A stretch of DNA of 64,000 bases from Callorhinchus milii (Eukaryota), in contig NW_024704743.1 in NCBI RefSeq assembly GCF_018977255.1, forward strand, positions 7,814,001-7,878,000. Direction: 5' to 3'. Shown piece after piece: positions 62,564 to 64,000 of this stretch; position 1 is the first letter of the stretch, and each line of letters starts with the position of its first letter. The position numbers and the translations under genes were made by a program. The notes beneath the pieces are model-generated. The model had not been told where the DNA came from. It was given only the letters and a program-made list of their open reading frames with translations, and made no database searches.

Positions 62564-64000
62564 ATTCACCTCCAAGGAGACCCTGCTTACAAACCTCCTC
62601 CCCCTAGGTTGTGGTTAGATTAGTACAACAAACAAAGTGATGATACTAAGTGGAAGGATAACGAGTGGTTGCTTTTTCATGCAATTCTGGGATGATTGAG
62701 TCATTACAACTACTGCAGTTACACGCTCAATTATCAGGGCATCAGTGCCTGTAGCAGCATCGGCTGAAAGGGAACAATAATGACGGTGGCGTCGCAAAAG
62801 AAAGCGTCAGTGTTTCATTCAGCCACAGTTTACCCACATACCAATGAAATTAAGCAGCAGAAATATGTGGGGAAAGGCAAACAACTGATTAGATATAAAC
62901 CACTGTAGAAAATAGTTTAGAATGCATTTTTAAAATGATGGAAAACTGCATCTCATTAATGGCATACTTTATATCCTGGGATGTAGCTTGCGTATAAAGC
63001 CCTCCACGGCCTTGCTGCTTCCTACCTCTGTGACCCGCTAACTCCATATCAACGTGTTCGCTCCCTCCCCTCAGCAGGCTCCTACCCTCCCTGCCCTCAC
63101 CCCTCCTGATCTCAACCCCCAAATCGGCTCCAAATCTCCGACTTCCCAGCACCTTGGGACGTTATCCCAATATGAAAGGCGTTATACAAATGGAATTTGT
63201 TGTTGTTGTATACTCGCATTGTGTTTGTAATAATAACAATAATAATACTCCTTGCATTTGACATAGCGCCTTATCCATAGTTGATATATCTCAAAGAACT
63301 TCACCGAATATGCTGTATAGTGAATTGATTGTATATTTTGTGGGTGAAACGCGCCAGCCAATTGTGCACAGCGGCATCCCCACAAAAAGCAACACCGCAT
63401 CTCCGGGCTCGTTCTTGGAAATGCTGCTTACACAGGCCCCCTCACCTCCTCCTCTTCCCGTCTATAAAGTACTTGAAATGCAATATGAGCTGCACCTGGA
63501 GAAAATGGAGTGCGATTGTATCAGTGCATCAGCTCACACCGCCCAGTGACTTTTAATCCCTGCCCACATTACTTTAGTCTATTTCACAGGTAATGCAGCA
63601 CATCTTCTGTGTTGCCTTTTAGCCCTATAATTACACTCCTAATTTCCTTTGTTTGTACAGATGTCTGTTTAAATATTTCAACAGTAATTCGCTACTCACT
63701 CTCTCTCCTTCCAGTGTCACGTGTAATGAGAGCTGTAACCTCAGGTAACAAGGGATATAAGATGATAATCCTCCATACTGTTTATAGGACAGAGGAAATC
63801 CGACTCTCTGTAGCACTACACTTAGGTACAATGTAATGCAGACGCTAATGAATGTTTTATGTGGTGGGGTGTGTATGCTGACTTATCTTCCACATAGAGT
63901 ATGTGGATCAAGTCACAGGGATATGACTACCAATGAAGCACATGTAGCCTGGACGTGGAGGCATGTGCAATGTGCTCACATATACACAGACTACACACCA

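Noticed and set aside
11000..64000. Exons of a neighbouring gene (e.g. ZNF438, which I recall lying near SVIL in other vertebrates)
   Set aside because: No zinc-finger or other recognisable host coding exon found on either strand.

Overview
Vertebrate genomic DNA, not prokaryotic. The repeat content (tRNA-Ala-headed and Deu-domain SINEs, abundant L2 and CR1 LINEs) suggests a cartilaginous fish, possibly a chimaera or elephant shark; this is inference. The first ~11 kb holds the last six coding exons and 3' UTR of supervillin (SVIL, + strand). All junctions are GT-AG and phase-consistent, ending in the headpiece motif KKAKGLF*. The remaining ~53 kb has no recognisable host protein-coding gene. 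It is a mosaic of L2/CR1 fragments, two SINE families, an unclassified interspersed repeat with a conserved terminal stem-loop, a Penelope-like relic and two opposed G-rich minisatellites. Most notable observations: (1) a TIR-bounded Ginger2/TDD (KRBA2/SCAND3-type) transposon relic in the last SVIL intron; (2) a ~100-nt L2-derived hairpin just past the SVIL poly(A) signals; (3) an L2 copy with an in-frame deletion of exactly the YADD catalytic motif; (4) a covarying 3' stem-loop shared by SINE and L2; (5) reciprocal SINE/L2 nesting. I cannot claim a new biological system with confidence. Repeat boundaries are by eye and approximate.
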